The position numbers and the translations under genes are program-made. 64,000 nt of DNA. Origin: Balanoglossus misakiensis. Lineage: Eukaryota; Animalia; Hemichordata. The notes beneath the pieces are model-generated. The model worked only from the letters and a program-made list of their open reading frames with translations. It had not been told where the DNA came from and searched no databases. Shown in pieces: positions 27,101 through 37,891 of the stretch (its first letter is position 1; each line of letters begins with the position of its first letter). The stretch covers positions 7,925,625-7,989,624 of the forward strand of contig CM082579.2 in NCBI GenBank assembly GCA_040954595.2, in the 5' to 3' direction.

Positions 27101-30100
27101 GACAGGGGTTGATAAGGGGTCAGTGAAACATGCAGTTATTCCAAATAGGACCAGGTGAAAGCAACCCTGAGATATTCCCGCCCAAAGGATATTTATGGGC
27201 TTACAATAGACTGCCATATTTTCATGAAAATGCAAATAAACATGATGGTTATATTTTGTCATAATGTGCTGTCACCAATTGTATTACTGTAAAATGTGGC
27301 CCATTTCCAAACAAACCAACAAATCAAAAACTTGAATGTGGCAAAATATGGGGCTTTGTAACTTAACTTCATAAGTTAGCCACGTTTCTGCCTGTGCAAA
27401 TGCGAAAGCGGGCCTGTTGTGACCGGCTTGTTTGCACACGCAATGGAAACCCAACAAAAATGTCCCTCTCTGTGTTTGCTCAAACATAAATCACCCAATC
27501 TCGGAACAGAACAGCTGGTATTTAGTTCTAACAATAAGTGAAAATCTGGGCTTCATGCTGTATGGTGGTGCGGTCGACTGCCTCGCTTTATAAAACACAT
27601 TGCGTTCAGATGATTCTTGGAGAGCAGCGACTTTTGCAAAAAGAACATTTTCAGTTGTTATTTTCCTTCTGTTGAAGAAAATGTCACTATTTTTTTGTAT
27701 GAGAATCTAAGCCATCTTGACCCAGAGAATAATTTCAATAAATGACAAAATGACATAATTGATTTGCATACAAGAAGCAGATCATATTTTCTGTAATATC
27801 CATATTTACGTTCTGTTTTTTTATCATTTTTTTTCCAGCAAAAAATCAAGAGGAAATTAGAGAGTGGCGGTTCACCCAATGCCAAGTTGTCCAATGGCGA
27901 CGCAACATCAGTGGCTAACGGACATGACAACACGCCGTCGCCCAAGAGACAGTGCACCCAGCCCAGCGTGTCCGTCTCCATCGTGGCGCAGACCAACGAG
28001 CGCACCATCAAGACCAACGTGGACGTGACCATCAAGACGCAGCAGATGAAGAACGGGCAGCTGACCGAGCAGCCGCAGGTGAACCTGAAGAGCAGCGATC
28101 CCGGCTGCGGCGGAGGTGGCGGCGGCGGAGGCGGGGATCCTGGAATGATGCACCAGCCGCTGATCCACCGGGGGGACGCCATGGAGCTGGAGAAGCCGCC
28201 GCTGTGCAAGCAGGAGCCGATGATGAACTTCAACAAGCCGTGCGCCGAGCAGCTGGCGTGCCCGGACGACCTCAAGGACATCCCCAGCATCGAGCACTTC
28301 TTCAACCTGACCGGCTCGCCCATGAACGACAACATGATCCAGGAGATCCTGGAGGAGCTGATGGCCAACGACCCGGAGAGCCTGGCCAAGCTGGAGGAGG
28401 ACCTCAAGCAGGAGGAGGCGGGCATCGTGGAGAAGCTGCGGGAGATGGACGAGCAGGCCAGCCAGGGTCTGAAGCAGGAGGCCGTGAACGAGACCAAGTT
28501 GAACACCTCGTGCAGCATGGTGCCCACGCACGCGGTCAGCGCGGGAAGCAGCACCACCACCCTGGCGGTGAACATGAGCCACGCCCAGGACCAGAACCCG
28601 GGCCTGACCCACTCGGAACAGTTGAAACAAATGGCAGCTCACAAACAGCAACTCTACCACCAGCAGCAGCAGAACCCCGGCCGACAGCCGACCATGTACC
28701 CGTACAACAACCACATGCCCGGTTCAAACTCGGTGAAGAGTGAACCGTACAGCTCGGCCGTGACGCAGTCGCTGCCGACGGCTCAACAGTTTGCACAGCA
28801 CCCGGAGCTGAAGAGGATGCAGCCGATGCAACTGCTGCAGCAAAAACTGCAGGATCAAAAATCGGCAGCAATGTTGCCAAACGCTGCCGCAAACGAACAA
28901 CACTTAAGTTTTGGCAACACCAAGCCGTTGTCGCACATGCCGGACCACATGGGTGCCGGGGCGCCGCAGAACAACATGGCAGTCCCACAGCCGAACATGG
29001 CGGTGTCGCAGAACAACATGGCCGCACTGCAGGCCATGGGCGGCAGCAGGAGCCAGATGCAGCAAGGCAGCAACTTCAAACAGGAACCGGACGCATCGCT
29101 GCGCTATCCGGGCCAGAGCTACCCCAGCAGCCAGCACCAGCTGGCCCAACAGAGCAGGCTGCAGCAGCTGCAGCAGCAACGGACTCAGTTCGTGGCTCTG
29201 CCGCCGCACTCGTCCGAACAGCCACCGCCGCAGCAGCAGCCGCAACAGCGCCTGCCCATGTCCATGGATGAGAACCTCAAACGTCAGAAGCAGCAGGAGC
29301 TCCTCCGTCAACAGCTCATAATGCGGCAGCGAGACAACATCAGGATGCACCACGAGCAGAAACTGAGAGAGCAGCAACGGCAGATGCTGGAGCAGCAAAA
29401 ACAACAGCAGCAGCAGCAGCAGCAACAACAGCAGCAGCAGCAACAGCTCAGAGATGAACGGATGAGGCAAGAGCAGTACCACAGATATATCAATCGTCCA
29501 CCCCCAGAATACACCAGACCTACTAGCCAGCCGACGACGACACAAGCGACCGCACAGCAGCCGCACCCTCACCCGCAACCGCAGCAGCAGCAGCAGCCAG
29601 GCTTCCCGGCGAGCAGGCCGAACGCAATGGGCCAGGTTCTCACTCCAAACGTCCGACAGGGGGCCGCCGGTCACCACTACCCATTGAACACTACTCCGAA
29701 CACTAGTCAGGCAGCAGCGTACACCCAAGGAAATCGTCAGCATCATCTGGGCCACACAGTGCAGCATCCGCCCAGCAACAACAGTCAAGTCCAGACGACT
29801 GCAGCTGCTCAGCACCACGGCAACCCTTCCAAGGTGACAGGACCAAGTAACAATATGGCTGCATATTTAGACATGAATACAAGGACACCATCTCAACAAC
29901 AACAGCAGCAGCAGCAGCAGGTTGCAATGCAGCAGAGCCTGATGAGACAGAACTCAGCTTTGGGTGGCGGTCAGAACGCCGCTCTAGTCAGTGGACAAAA
30001 CCCGGCCCTGGTCGCCGGTCAAAACCCAGCCCTGCAGGTCGGTGGACAGACGCCCACCATGGGCAGGGGACAGAACACGCTGGCTCAGTTTCAGGGCTAC

Positions 30101-30757
30101 TACAACGGTGAACAACTGCAGCGGGAGAGAGCGCTGAACGCGGCGCTGGCCCTGAGCAGCAGCAGGAGTGCGCAGCAGCAGCAGCAGCAGCAACAGCAGC
30201 AAAGCACAAACATCTATGCAAAGCAGGCCAGTGCCACGCAGCCGCTGAATCCCTCGGGACCGGGTTGGAACAGAGACGGACTGCAGCAGCAGCAGCAGCG
30301 GCAGCAGCAGGCATCCCAGTTCGACCAGCAGCGACAAGCGGCCCAACACAGCAATATCACTATGCCAACCGCCAGTAACTATGGCAACAACACCAGGATG
30401 ACCAATCCGGGCTTCCCGGGGCAGACGCTGAAGAAGGAAACGGGCATGGCGCCCCCGAACATTGCAGCTCAGCAGAGCCAAATGAACTATGCTCTGCAGA
30501 GACAGTTGAGCCAGAGGGGTGGGCCGAACCGACCGGCCATGCCGAACGTCGTCGGCCAGCACAGACTACCCAGCGTGCCGACTAACGCCACGCATGCAAC
30601 ATTTAACAATACCAGTGTGCCGATGCAACCTGATTTTCCGTCGTTAGATCCGGACTTGGTACTAGACAACGGCGCGCTAGGTGCTAGTGACACGGACATC
30701 TTGGATACACTTAACAATTCCGACTGGGACGAAATATTGAATAAATTGCCTGTGTGA
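11924..30757 (+). CDS. MAML: Mastermind-like Notch transcriptional coactivator (1075 aa, two coding exons)
   Basis: Exon 1 11924-12232 (ACG|gtaagc) encodes the basic CSL/NICD-binding helix PKRRAIVDRLRKRIELCRRHH..C.ARY. Exon 2 27839-30757 (ttttccag|CAA AAA ATC AAG AGG AAA TTA GAG, phase 0) encodes an acidic region, FGNTKPLSH, polyQ tracts, RPPPEY and acidic C-terminus SDWDEIL, all resembling vertebrate MAML1-3 motifs. Confidence 0.93.
18058..18126. repeat. (CA)n microsatellite in MAML intron
   Basis: Directly visible. Confidence 0.9.
20608..20689 (+). mobile_element. piggyBac-type MITE copy 1 (3' truncated)
   Basis: TTAA-CCCTTTCACCACCATGG... matches the complete copies at 21840 and 39476. 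Confidence 0.8.
21840..21934 (+). mobile_element. piggyBac-type MITE copy 2
   Basis: TTAA at both ends; TIRs CCCTTTCACC / GGTGAAAGCG. Confidence 0.85.
22749..22927. repeat. 44-bp minisatellite, 4 copies
   Basis: CCAATATAATGTCAAAGGTAGTGACTGTGTYCCTTTAATACAAA starting at 22751, 22795, 22839, 22883. Confidence 0.95.
26706..26785. repeat. Imperfect (GAT)n microsatellite
   Basis: Directly visible. Confidence 0.8.
27839..30757 (+). CDS. MAML: Mastermind-like coding exon 2 (2.9 kb; acidic activation domains, Q-rich region)
   Basis: Long polypyrimidine tract and cag at 27836-27838; in frame with the 956-aa ORF 27887..30757. Confidence 0.92.
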   Translation, partial: QKIKRKLESGGSPNAKLSNGDATSVANGHDNTPSPKRQCTQPSVSVSIVAQTNERTIKTNVDVTIKTQQMKNGQLTEQPQVNLKSSDPGCGGGGGGGGGDPGMMHQPLIHRGDAMELEKPPLCKQEPMMNFNKPCAEQLACPDDLKDIPSIEHFFNLTGSPMNDNMIQEILEELMANDPESLAKLEEDLKQEEAGIVEKLREMDEQASQGLKQEAVNETKLNTSCSMVPTHAVSAGSSTTTLAVNMSHAQDQNPGLTHSEQLKQMAAHKQQLYHQQQQNPGRQPTMYPYNNHMPGSNSVKSEPYSSAVTQSLPTAQQFAQHPELKRMQPMQLLQQKLQDQKSAAMLPNAAANEQHLSFGNTKPLSHMPDHMGAGAPQNNMAVPQPNMAVSQNNMAALQAMGGSRSQMQQGSNFKQEPDASLRYPGQSYPSSQHQLAQQSRLQQLQQQRTQFVALPPHSSEQPPPQQQPQQRLPMSMDENLKRQKQQELLRQQLIMRQRDNIRMHHEQKLREQQRQMLEQQKQQQQQQQQQQQQQQQLRDERMRQEQYHRYINRPPPEYTRPTSQPTTTQATAQQPHPHPQPQQQQQPGFPASRPNAMGQVLTPNVRQGAAGHHYPLNTTPNTSQAAAYTQGNRQHHLGHTVQHPPSNNSQVQTTAAAQHHGNPSKVTGPSNNMAAYLDMNTRTPSQQQQQQQQQVAMQQSLMRQNSALGGGQNAALVSGQNPALVAGQNPALQVGGQTPTMGRGQNTLAQFQGYYNGEQLQRERALNAALALSSSRSAQQQQQQQQQQSTNIYAKQASATQPLNPSGPGWNRDGLQQQQQRQQQASQFDQQRQAAQHSNITMPTASNYGNNTRMTNPGFPGQTLKKETGMAPPNIAAQQSQMNYALQRQLSQRGGPNRPAMPNVVGQHRLPSVPTNATHATFNNTSVPMQPDFPSLDPDLVLDNGALGASDTDILDTLNNSDWDEILNKLPV

Positions 30758-32494
30758 TTTATGAAAAGGAAAAAAAAAAAAAACACTGAGCCTGGACAAC
30801 ACGCCATCACAATCTTTCCAAAGTCCCATCTTTTGATAACTTATTTTCAACTCTGTAAATACAAGTATATTGAAGTTTGTATATAAGTCTGTGTATTTTC
30901 TCACCGTCTTTGTAAGTTTTACTAGCAAAAGAAAAATCAACCAAAAAACTCATTTGTTTAATTTTTTTGTAATCTATGTAGTTGTAACAATTGTTTTTTT
31001 TAAAAAGTATACATGTAGATAATCATGATTTTATTTTTTTATGCTCGAGGACCAAATGAAACGGAGAGCTGAAGGTGTTAGTTCTATGACGTTTCATTAC
31101 ATTTGAAATATTGAAGATACCTTTTCTTTTCTCTCATCATGAAAGTATTTTAATACCAGTTTTTGGTGTACAAGGTCGATACCTTCAACATGCATCAGTT
31201 TTTAATTATTTTTATCGAGACTGTCAGTTACATATGGCATAGAATTTCAACTGAAGGAATGTAACGCCCATTCTTAAAGGTGCAGTGGTGGTTGCTCACA
31301 CTCCCCCCATCCAGAATGGACCCTACTCACCCCCGTTAAGAACACAATGGAACACTCCCGTGCAGAAGCTGGTGAATTACTATGTAAATATTCACAGTGT
31401 ATCAAATATCAATAATTGCTTATGAAGCAAGACAATTTCTTTTTTATTTTGACATGTCAACGCCGGAGTAACGTTTAATTATTAGAGTTTCATTCCTATT
31501 TGACGAGTAGAGCCTGTTTGCTGGAGAATTTTCTACCAATCCAATATAATTGTGATTTTTTTTCCAAACATGTGCAGGTATCACTGTGTCGTTTTATTTT
31601 TGCCCTTTGTATGCAGAGCGTCCTCTGCAAACTGTCAGAGTTATAATTGTAAGTTCCTGCATCATCAGTTGTGGATACATTGCAAAAAATCCCCCGCCTG
31701 ACAATTCTATTTCACATAGAAAATATCTCCTCTAGTGATTCAAATTGGACATTCCAAAATTTGAAAAGTGAATGTTGTTTCACACTGCGTAGGAGGATAA
31801 TGTAATATTGTGGCCTCTAAAAAAAACTTAAAAACATACAGAATCTGCCTTGAAGATGGTTATTTTGGATGTTGTTTTTGTCTGAACCAGACTACACTTG
31901 GGAGCTTCCTTCCTGCAAAATATTTCTTGTTTGGCTGGGATCATGGTTACCCACATGTACCTATTGCAGTAATTATGGGTTAATGACGTCATTTGCAGCA
32001 ACTGACAAGTCTATTATGAGGGGCTCCATTTTGTTTTATGGCTTCGTATTTCTAGTATAATAACAGAACCCCTGCAAGCGTCAAACTTCCGGATGATTCT
32101 CTGACATTCTCAAGTCTCTGTGGACTAGCTTCTTCCATGTTTGTCATTGTTCATTTCCTGTTTTGTTTTTCATTTTTCGCATAATCAACAAATACATAAG
32201 GTCATCACAAGACTCCAACTTCCATCTTTTATGATATTGTTGCTGATACACAGAAGAAAAGAATATTGAAAACAAGAATAAGAAATTCAGTCAGTTACAA
32301 CTAACGGAGCTTGAGAGCCACCAATATGTCCTCATGCCTTTTTCCAGTTCAGTGTGGCCCTGCCCCTGACATGATCACTTGACACTACAGGTCTGTCGGC
32401 CAGAACCAGCCCTGGGGGCAAACATCCAGACTGAAGGCCACAACGACCACTGTACACTTGACAGTCATCAGCCCCAGGCATCATTGTTTAATTT

Positions 32495-32586
32495 TGAACC
32501 CTTTCACCCCACTTCCCTCTTTAGAGGTCCAACCTGACCATAGAAAAAAAAAACAATGGACTGAACCATGGTGGCAAAAGGGTTGA
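32495..32586 (-). mobile_element. piggyBac-type MITE copy 3 (inverted, in putative MAML 3' UTR)
   Basis: Reverse complement of the family consensus; degenerate TTAA ends. Confidence 0.8.
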
Positions 32587-35092
32587 TTTGATAACCTGAC
32601 TAAAGCTGGCTTTTACTGAAATCACCAAAAAAAACTGCCACATTCTGTCAGCAATCACATAACCACAGAAACCCTGCTGTGTTCTTAAAATTCGAAATGA
32701 AGCTTTCAAATCGGGGCAGTTTCGCACCGATCACAGAATCACAGGTCTCGTGGCGATCAATTGTCTACAGGTAAAAACTGTCACTCTAGTTAGTGTCTAA
32801 CCTTGAATATCATAAATGTGTTCTCTTTTCATGTGCGCAACAGAGCATTGATTGCAGTGGCCCCTGTGTCGTTCGTCTCAGTTGTATTCGCCGTCTATGA
32901 ATAATTGGAAATAATGAAATTGATTCTGTAATCAGCGTGGCTATTATGGGGATGACCATGGATGCATACACCTATTTTTATGCCTGTGATCAGCAAATGG
33001 TATAAACATATTGGCTGGGTGAAAATGGATAATTTTTCTATCATGAATTGTCTCCTGCATATCGTTTGAAAAAAACCCACCATTTACCCCAATTACAGGC
33101 GTCACTTTTTTCAACAAAAACTTCATTCAAAGTGAGTCTTCGCGCTGCAGATGAAAAAGAAAAATCTGCACACATAGTGACCTTTTCAAGCCGACGCGAG
33201 AGAGATTGGCTGTGGCAGCCATTTCAAGTGTACATCCGCGTCCCCGGTGATAAAGGTGTTGCGAAGCCAACGAGCATCTATCTAGTACACAGCGGCCAGC
33301 CCCTCCCCCCCCCCTTCTTTGCTCATTTCATGCACTCAGTGTGTGAGGGAATGGCATAATTGGCAAAAACTGACAAAGATAAATGGCTTGGCTAACGTGG
33401 TCATATTCTCTCTCTTCATTACCATAGATATTACACACACTTGCTGACTTCCAATTTTTTTTTTCTGGTCAGGTCAACATCTCGTGTGCTGTACACAGGC
33501 CACTTGACTGGGTGGTGGTGCTACGACAGCCACATGAAAATGGCCCCAGCTGGTCATGATCATAAAAAACAGCCGCAGTCGTAAAATATGAAACAATATT
33601 CAATTCTTTTATGGACCTAAAATGTTATAAATAGGGAAGCTGATGAAAATTGTGTCAATGCCTAGTGTGTGTACTGGTATTATAAATGAAGTGAAAAGCA
33701 AGACGACCAACGCCTGGGCCAAATCTGAAATATGACCTCATGTCGATCTCGGTTAGTCTTTTTTATGTACCAATACAAAAACATCCCCACGGCACTGTAC
33801 TGAATTTTTTTTTCATACATTCATGTGAAAACATGCACATACAAAATTCCCCCCCCCCCTTCTTTGTTGTCTGAATGAAGCGATAGATAAATATTGCAAT
33901 AGTATCCATGTGAACTTAGTGTTTAGGGTCAGGGGTCAATTGATGGATGAGAATCTGAAATGAGTACGCGGCGAGATGGAGGCTGGTGCCTGGGCTCAGT
34001 GGGGTCGTTCAGCAGAATTCTTTCTTTTCGGGCAATTGGGGGTATAAAACACATTCTCCAGCTTTCATAAAACTATGATGAGTGATGACATTGACATTGT
34101 GACTCACCGGCGATTTATCTGGCGACGTTGAGAGCGTCCCGCCTGATTTACGGCCCGACAGAATGAAATGAACTGCACCAGAATCGGTCCCCAGATATAT
34201 ATAGGTGCATCCCAAGAGAGAAACTGATAAAAACGGGATTTTGGCAACTCTTCAATTTATCCATTTTTTAATAAATTTTCTCGATATATCGTATTCTCGG
34301 GGATTGCCTTGTTCTGAAAGGAAAAAAAAACGTTGAAAATTAGCAATGAAACTCTAAACGATGTGATTATATTTTTTAAGAACGTCCGAAATATGTTCAT
34401 GCATTACTGTCTTTCCTGTGCTCTGTATTTTCGAATTTTCATTGACATGTATCATAATCATTAATGAATTTTCACAAATGTTTGCGCTAGTTTACAGAAA
34501 TAACAAATATGACAAATGGCCCTCTGACTATGCAGATCACATTATTTAGCTTAAAGAGGCATTTGTTTTAGCGTGACCTTTGACACGTTGCCAAGGCGAC
34601 CAATTTTCTCTTAAAAATCCAGTCACTAGTTTAACCGAGTTGTTGCCGAGAGAAAATCTGTTTTCTATCCTCCAGTGCAATCTTGCTCGGGTGTAGCGCA
34701 GTTTTTTAATCGTTGAACGCATTTGAAGAGGTCTATCAAATTGCTTTTTTTTCATGAATAAAACATTCTGTAATACCCTGTATTCCAGCTAGACAACTGA
34801 ATGAATGGAAATATCGGTAATGTCAGTGTTATTTTTTATCTACATGAATGTAGAATCTGTAGTTTTTTAAAGGTGTTTTTTTTCCTCCAAAAACATTTCA
34901 GCCATGTATATTTTCTAGTCTACCTTCAGTGTGTAATTTAGGGTGAGGTTAGGGTGGGGGGTTAGATCAATTACGATAACGACATACATTTCATGAAAAT
35001 GTGCGAATAAACTACAGCATCTTTTATGCAGTTCCATATACATTGTCAAGTATTAAATCCATTTTACTCCAGTGTTTTCACCTGTACTTGAA

Positions 35093-35098
35093 AATAAA
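35093..35098 (+). terminator. Likely distal poly(A) signal of MAML (3' UTR ~4.3 kb)
   Basis: AATAAA followed ~40 nt later by the GT/T-rich tract TGGTTTGTGTGGTTTTTT. Proximal AATAAA hexamers also exist. Confidence 0.5.
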
Positions 35099-35254
35099 TA
35101 GGTCGAATTTATATTCTACGCAACAATAATTCTCTGGTTTGTGTGGTTTTTTTTTTTTTTATAAAACAAAGATATTTTAGTTGACCGTGACAATACTGAC
35201 AGACATAACATGAAATCACTCAAACTGTGGGGCCAAAACTCAAATTATAGAAAA

Positions 35255-35370
35255 ACGCACCGCACTGAACTGCAAACCAACACACCACACTGCCTTACAC
35301 TACATTACACTATACTACAAAACACAACACTAGACTACCCTTCACCACAGCACAGCACACAACACCAACT
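35255..35370. repeat. Degenerate pentanucleotide repeat (ACACT/ACACA/GCACC-like)
   Basis: Visible 5-bp periodicity. Confidence 0.6.
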
Positions 35371-37018
35371 TCCGGTGCACACTTGTATTATTTTACTACA
35401 GTAGCTATGACTTTTGATAATTTAATTGCTCCCTGAATGATTGAAAAAATAATTGTGTTTGTTTGTTCACATCTATTGGTGGCAGCTGAGTTTAAGTCTA
35501 GACACAAACTCCCTGTGATGGCAAATTAATTTACGATGTTTGCCGTCTACACACAACCTGCACTACAAATCAAATACAATTAATATCGAAGTAACCCCAG
35601 CTGTAGGACATATTCCAAGACAAAAAATATTACAAATAAGAATTGAAAGTTGCAGCTCCTAAACAATCCTGTAGAATCAACTCTTCTCCATCTCAACATG
35701 CCAAATGAAACAGATATCTTTAGGAATATGGAAATAGCAGCACGGTTGTTAAAACTGGCACAACAAAAAAGAACGGTGAACTGGAAACAATAAAACAATC
35801 TAAACTTAAAGCTGTCAGAAAGATCTATACTTTGTTGGCTGATTTATTGCATTTTTAAAAAATATCTTTCTATGTTTGTAACAAGGCATTGTTACGGAAT
35901 TTATTATCATTTTTTTTTTGGATTGGCATGACCAATTATATGGCATTTTGCAGGTATGTCCATGTGACTACAATTTTTTTTATTAGCTAGTTTTAATTTC
36001 ATATTTTTCTGTTTTGCATTTGCAGGAATTCCACAATGAATATCTCCCATATTTTAGTTTATACTCAACTGACTGAAGCTGCATATTACACAATAAATAT
36101 CCTATATGCCGAGCTTTGTTATTCATATTCAGTACGTTGTTGATGAAACGAAGTGTACGATTTTTTCACATAGGGGAAAATATTCCATGATTTATGACAA
36201 TAGAGGGCGCTACTCAGATCCTTTAATGGCCTGAATCCCATGCACGCACGTGTACTAGAATATCAATATGACAGCCGCTTGTGCCAGTCTTCGACGCTCT
36301 ATGTCCCAGCTTTACCCAAATGATGCACCTTCGGACCGGCGCTTTGCTATGACATTGCCTATGATAGCGCCGGCATCGCTAATTTAGACAAAGAATGTGT
36401 GAACGACTACTGACGGTCTAGCCCTAGTGTACAGGTGTGTGTGTTCCAGGCGTTACACGTTGGGAACACACACGGCTACTGACGGTCCAGTATATCAAGA
36501 GAAAATACGAGTATTTACACCAGTCAGGTCTGAGAACTAAAAATGTAAATTATTTCCCTACAAGCTTATTTTTAATTCTTAAAAAAAAACAACTTTTCAT
36601 TAATAAAATGTTGAAATTTGACATTGGCATATGCTTACCGACACGTACGAAAGCGTACCCAGCCAGACTCTTGATGTAGAAAGAATGACCAAACGGCCAA
36701 TTGAGGGCGCTCGCTATCTGATAGCGATCAGGTAAAGTGCGGCACCCCCTGATCACAATACAAAGAATGGTAGAATGGGCGAAAACCCTCTTGATGACAG
36801 CCCAGACAAGAAGTTGTCCAAGATGAAAAAACATACCAGACGCAACATAAAAAATGCTACAGTACTTCTTTTTTTATTTCGATCTTGATTTCTATGACAC
36901 TGGACACACTATTGTCATTTAATTCCATTCCCAGTCATTATAGTATTTATAATAAACATTTATTAAAATATTATTTCAATGTCAGCTGCTCTGGCAGGCC
37001 ATGTGTTAAAAAATCATT

Positions 37019-37110
37019 TTCACCCTTTCACCACCATGGTTCAGTCCAAACCATTGTATTCTATGGAAAGGTTGGACTTCTAAAGAGAGAACTGGGGGTG
37101 AAAGGATCAA
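37019..37110 (+). mobile_element. piggyBac-type MITE copy 4
   Basis: CCCTTTCACCACCATGGTTCAGTCCAAA...GGGGGTGAAAGGA with decayed TTAA ends. Confidence 0.8.
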
Positions 37111-37891
37111 CCCTTCGAACACCACATTTTTCACATTCAAAATGCTGCACGACACTCTTATCATCATGCACACTGTGCTGATATGTTTTACTGTTCATCA
37201 ATGTTTTGGTATATTCAGTTTGACCATGGATGATCACTGAATGATAAAATGCTACTTATCTATGCTATCGTAAGTTAATTTACAGCTACTTTAAAAGCAC
37301 CACGTGATAAGTGAAAAATACAGTGTAGTAAAAGTTTATTAAAATTTAATTTCAATTTATGTGACCATGGCATTAGAATGTTAGAATTTTTGAATTATAA
37401 CACTGTCTGTTTTAAGGCACCATTTCTTGATTATCACCATATCATTCCCTGAGCTGTGCAGACTGATGCACCAGTCCTTATTGTTCACCTTATACTGAGA
37501 CATAATAGGAAGACCATTTCAAATTTAATATTGACATGATTGAATGCATTAAAGTAATTGTACGGTACCATTTCTACTTTTTCGCAAATATTTGGTGCAT
37601 TTCCCCAAAATTGTGTAAAAACTTTTGTAAGCCCTTGATTCTCACTGACAAAAAGTAAAAATAATTAAAAGATTTGGAAGACATTTTGAATTTCAAACCA
37701 AACATAAGGCACCGATGTTCCCCCATCAAAGTTCTTTTTCAGCTTGAGTTTTACAACCAATCACTGACGCGGATAGTTTGACATGATTTGTCAACTACCC
37801 TGCTCATAACTTCAGGTCCAATCCCAGCATTCAAAGCGAGAGTTTTACGACCAATCACTGAGACAGAAAGTGCGACATGATATGCCTCTGT

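Noticed and set aside
27658-30562. Several 190-305-aa antisense or alternative-frame ORFs over MAML exon 2
   Set aside because: By-products of high GC3 and CAG repeats.
30755-30890. Stop-codon readthrough extension of MAML
   Set aside because: TGA-TTT is not a leaky context and the downstream frame runs through a poly-A tract with no coding character.
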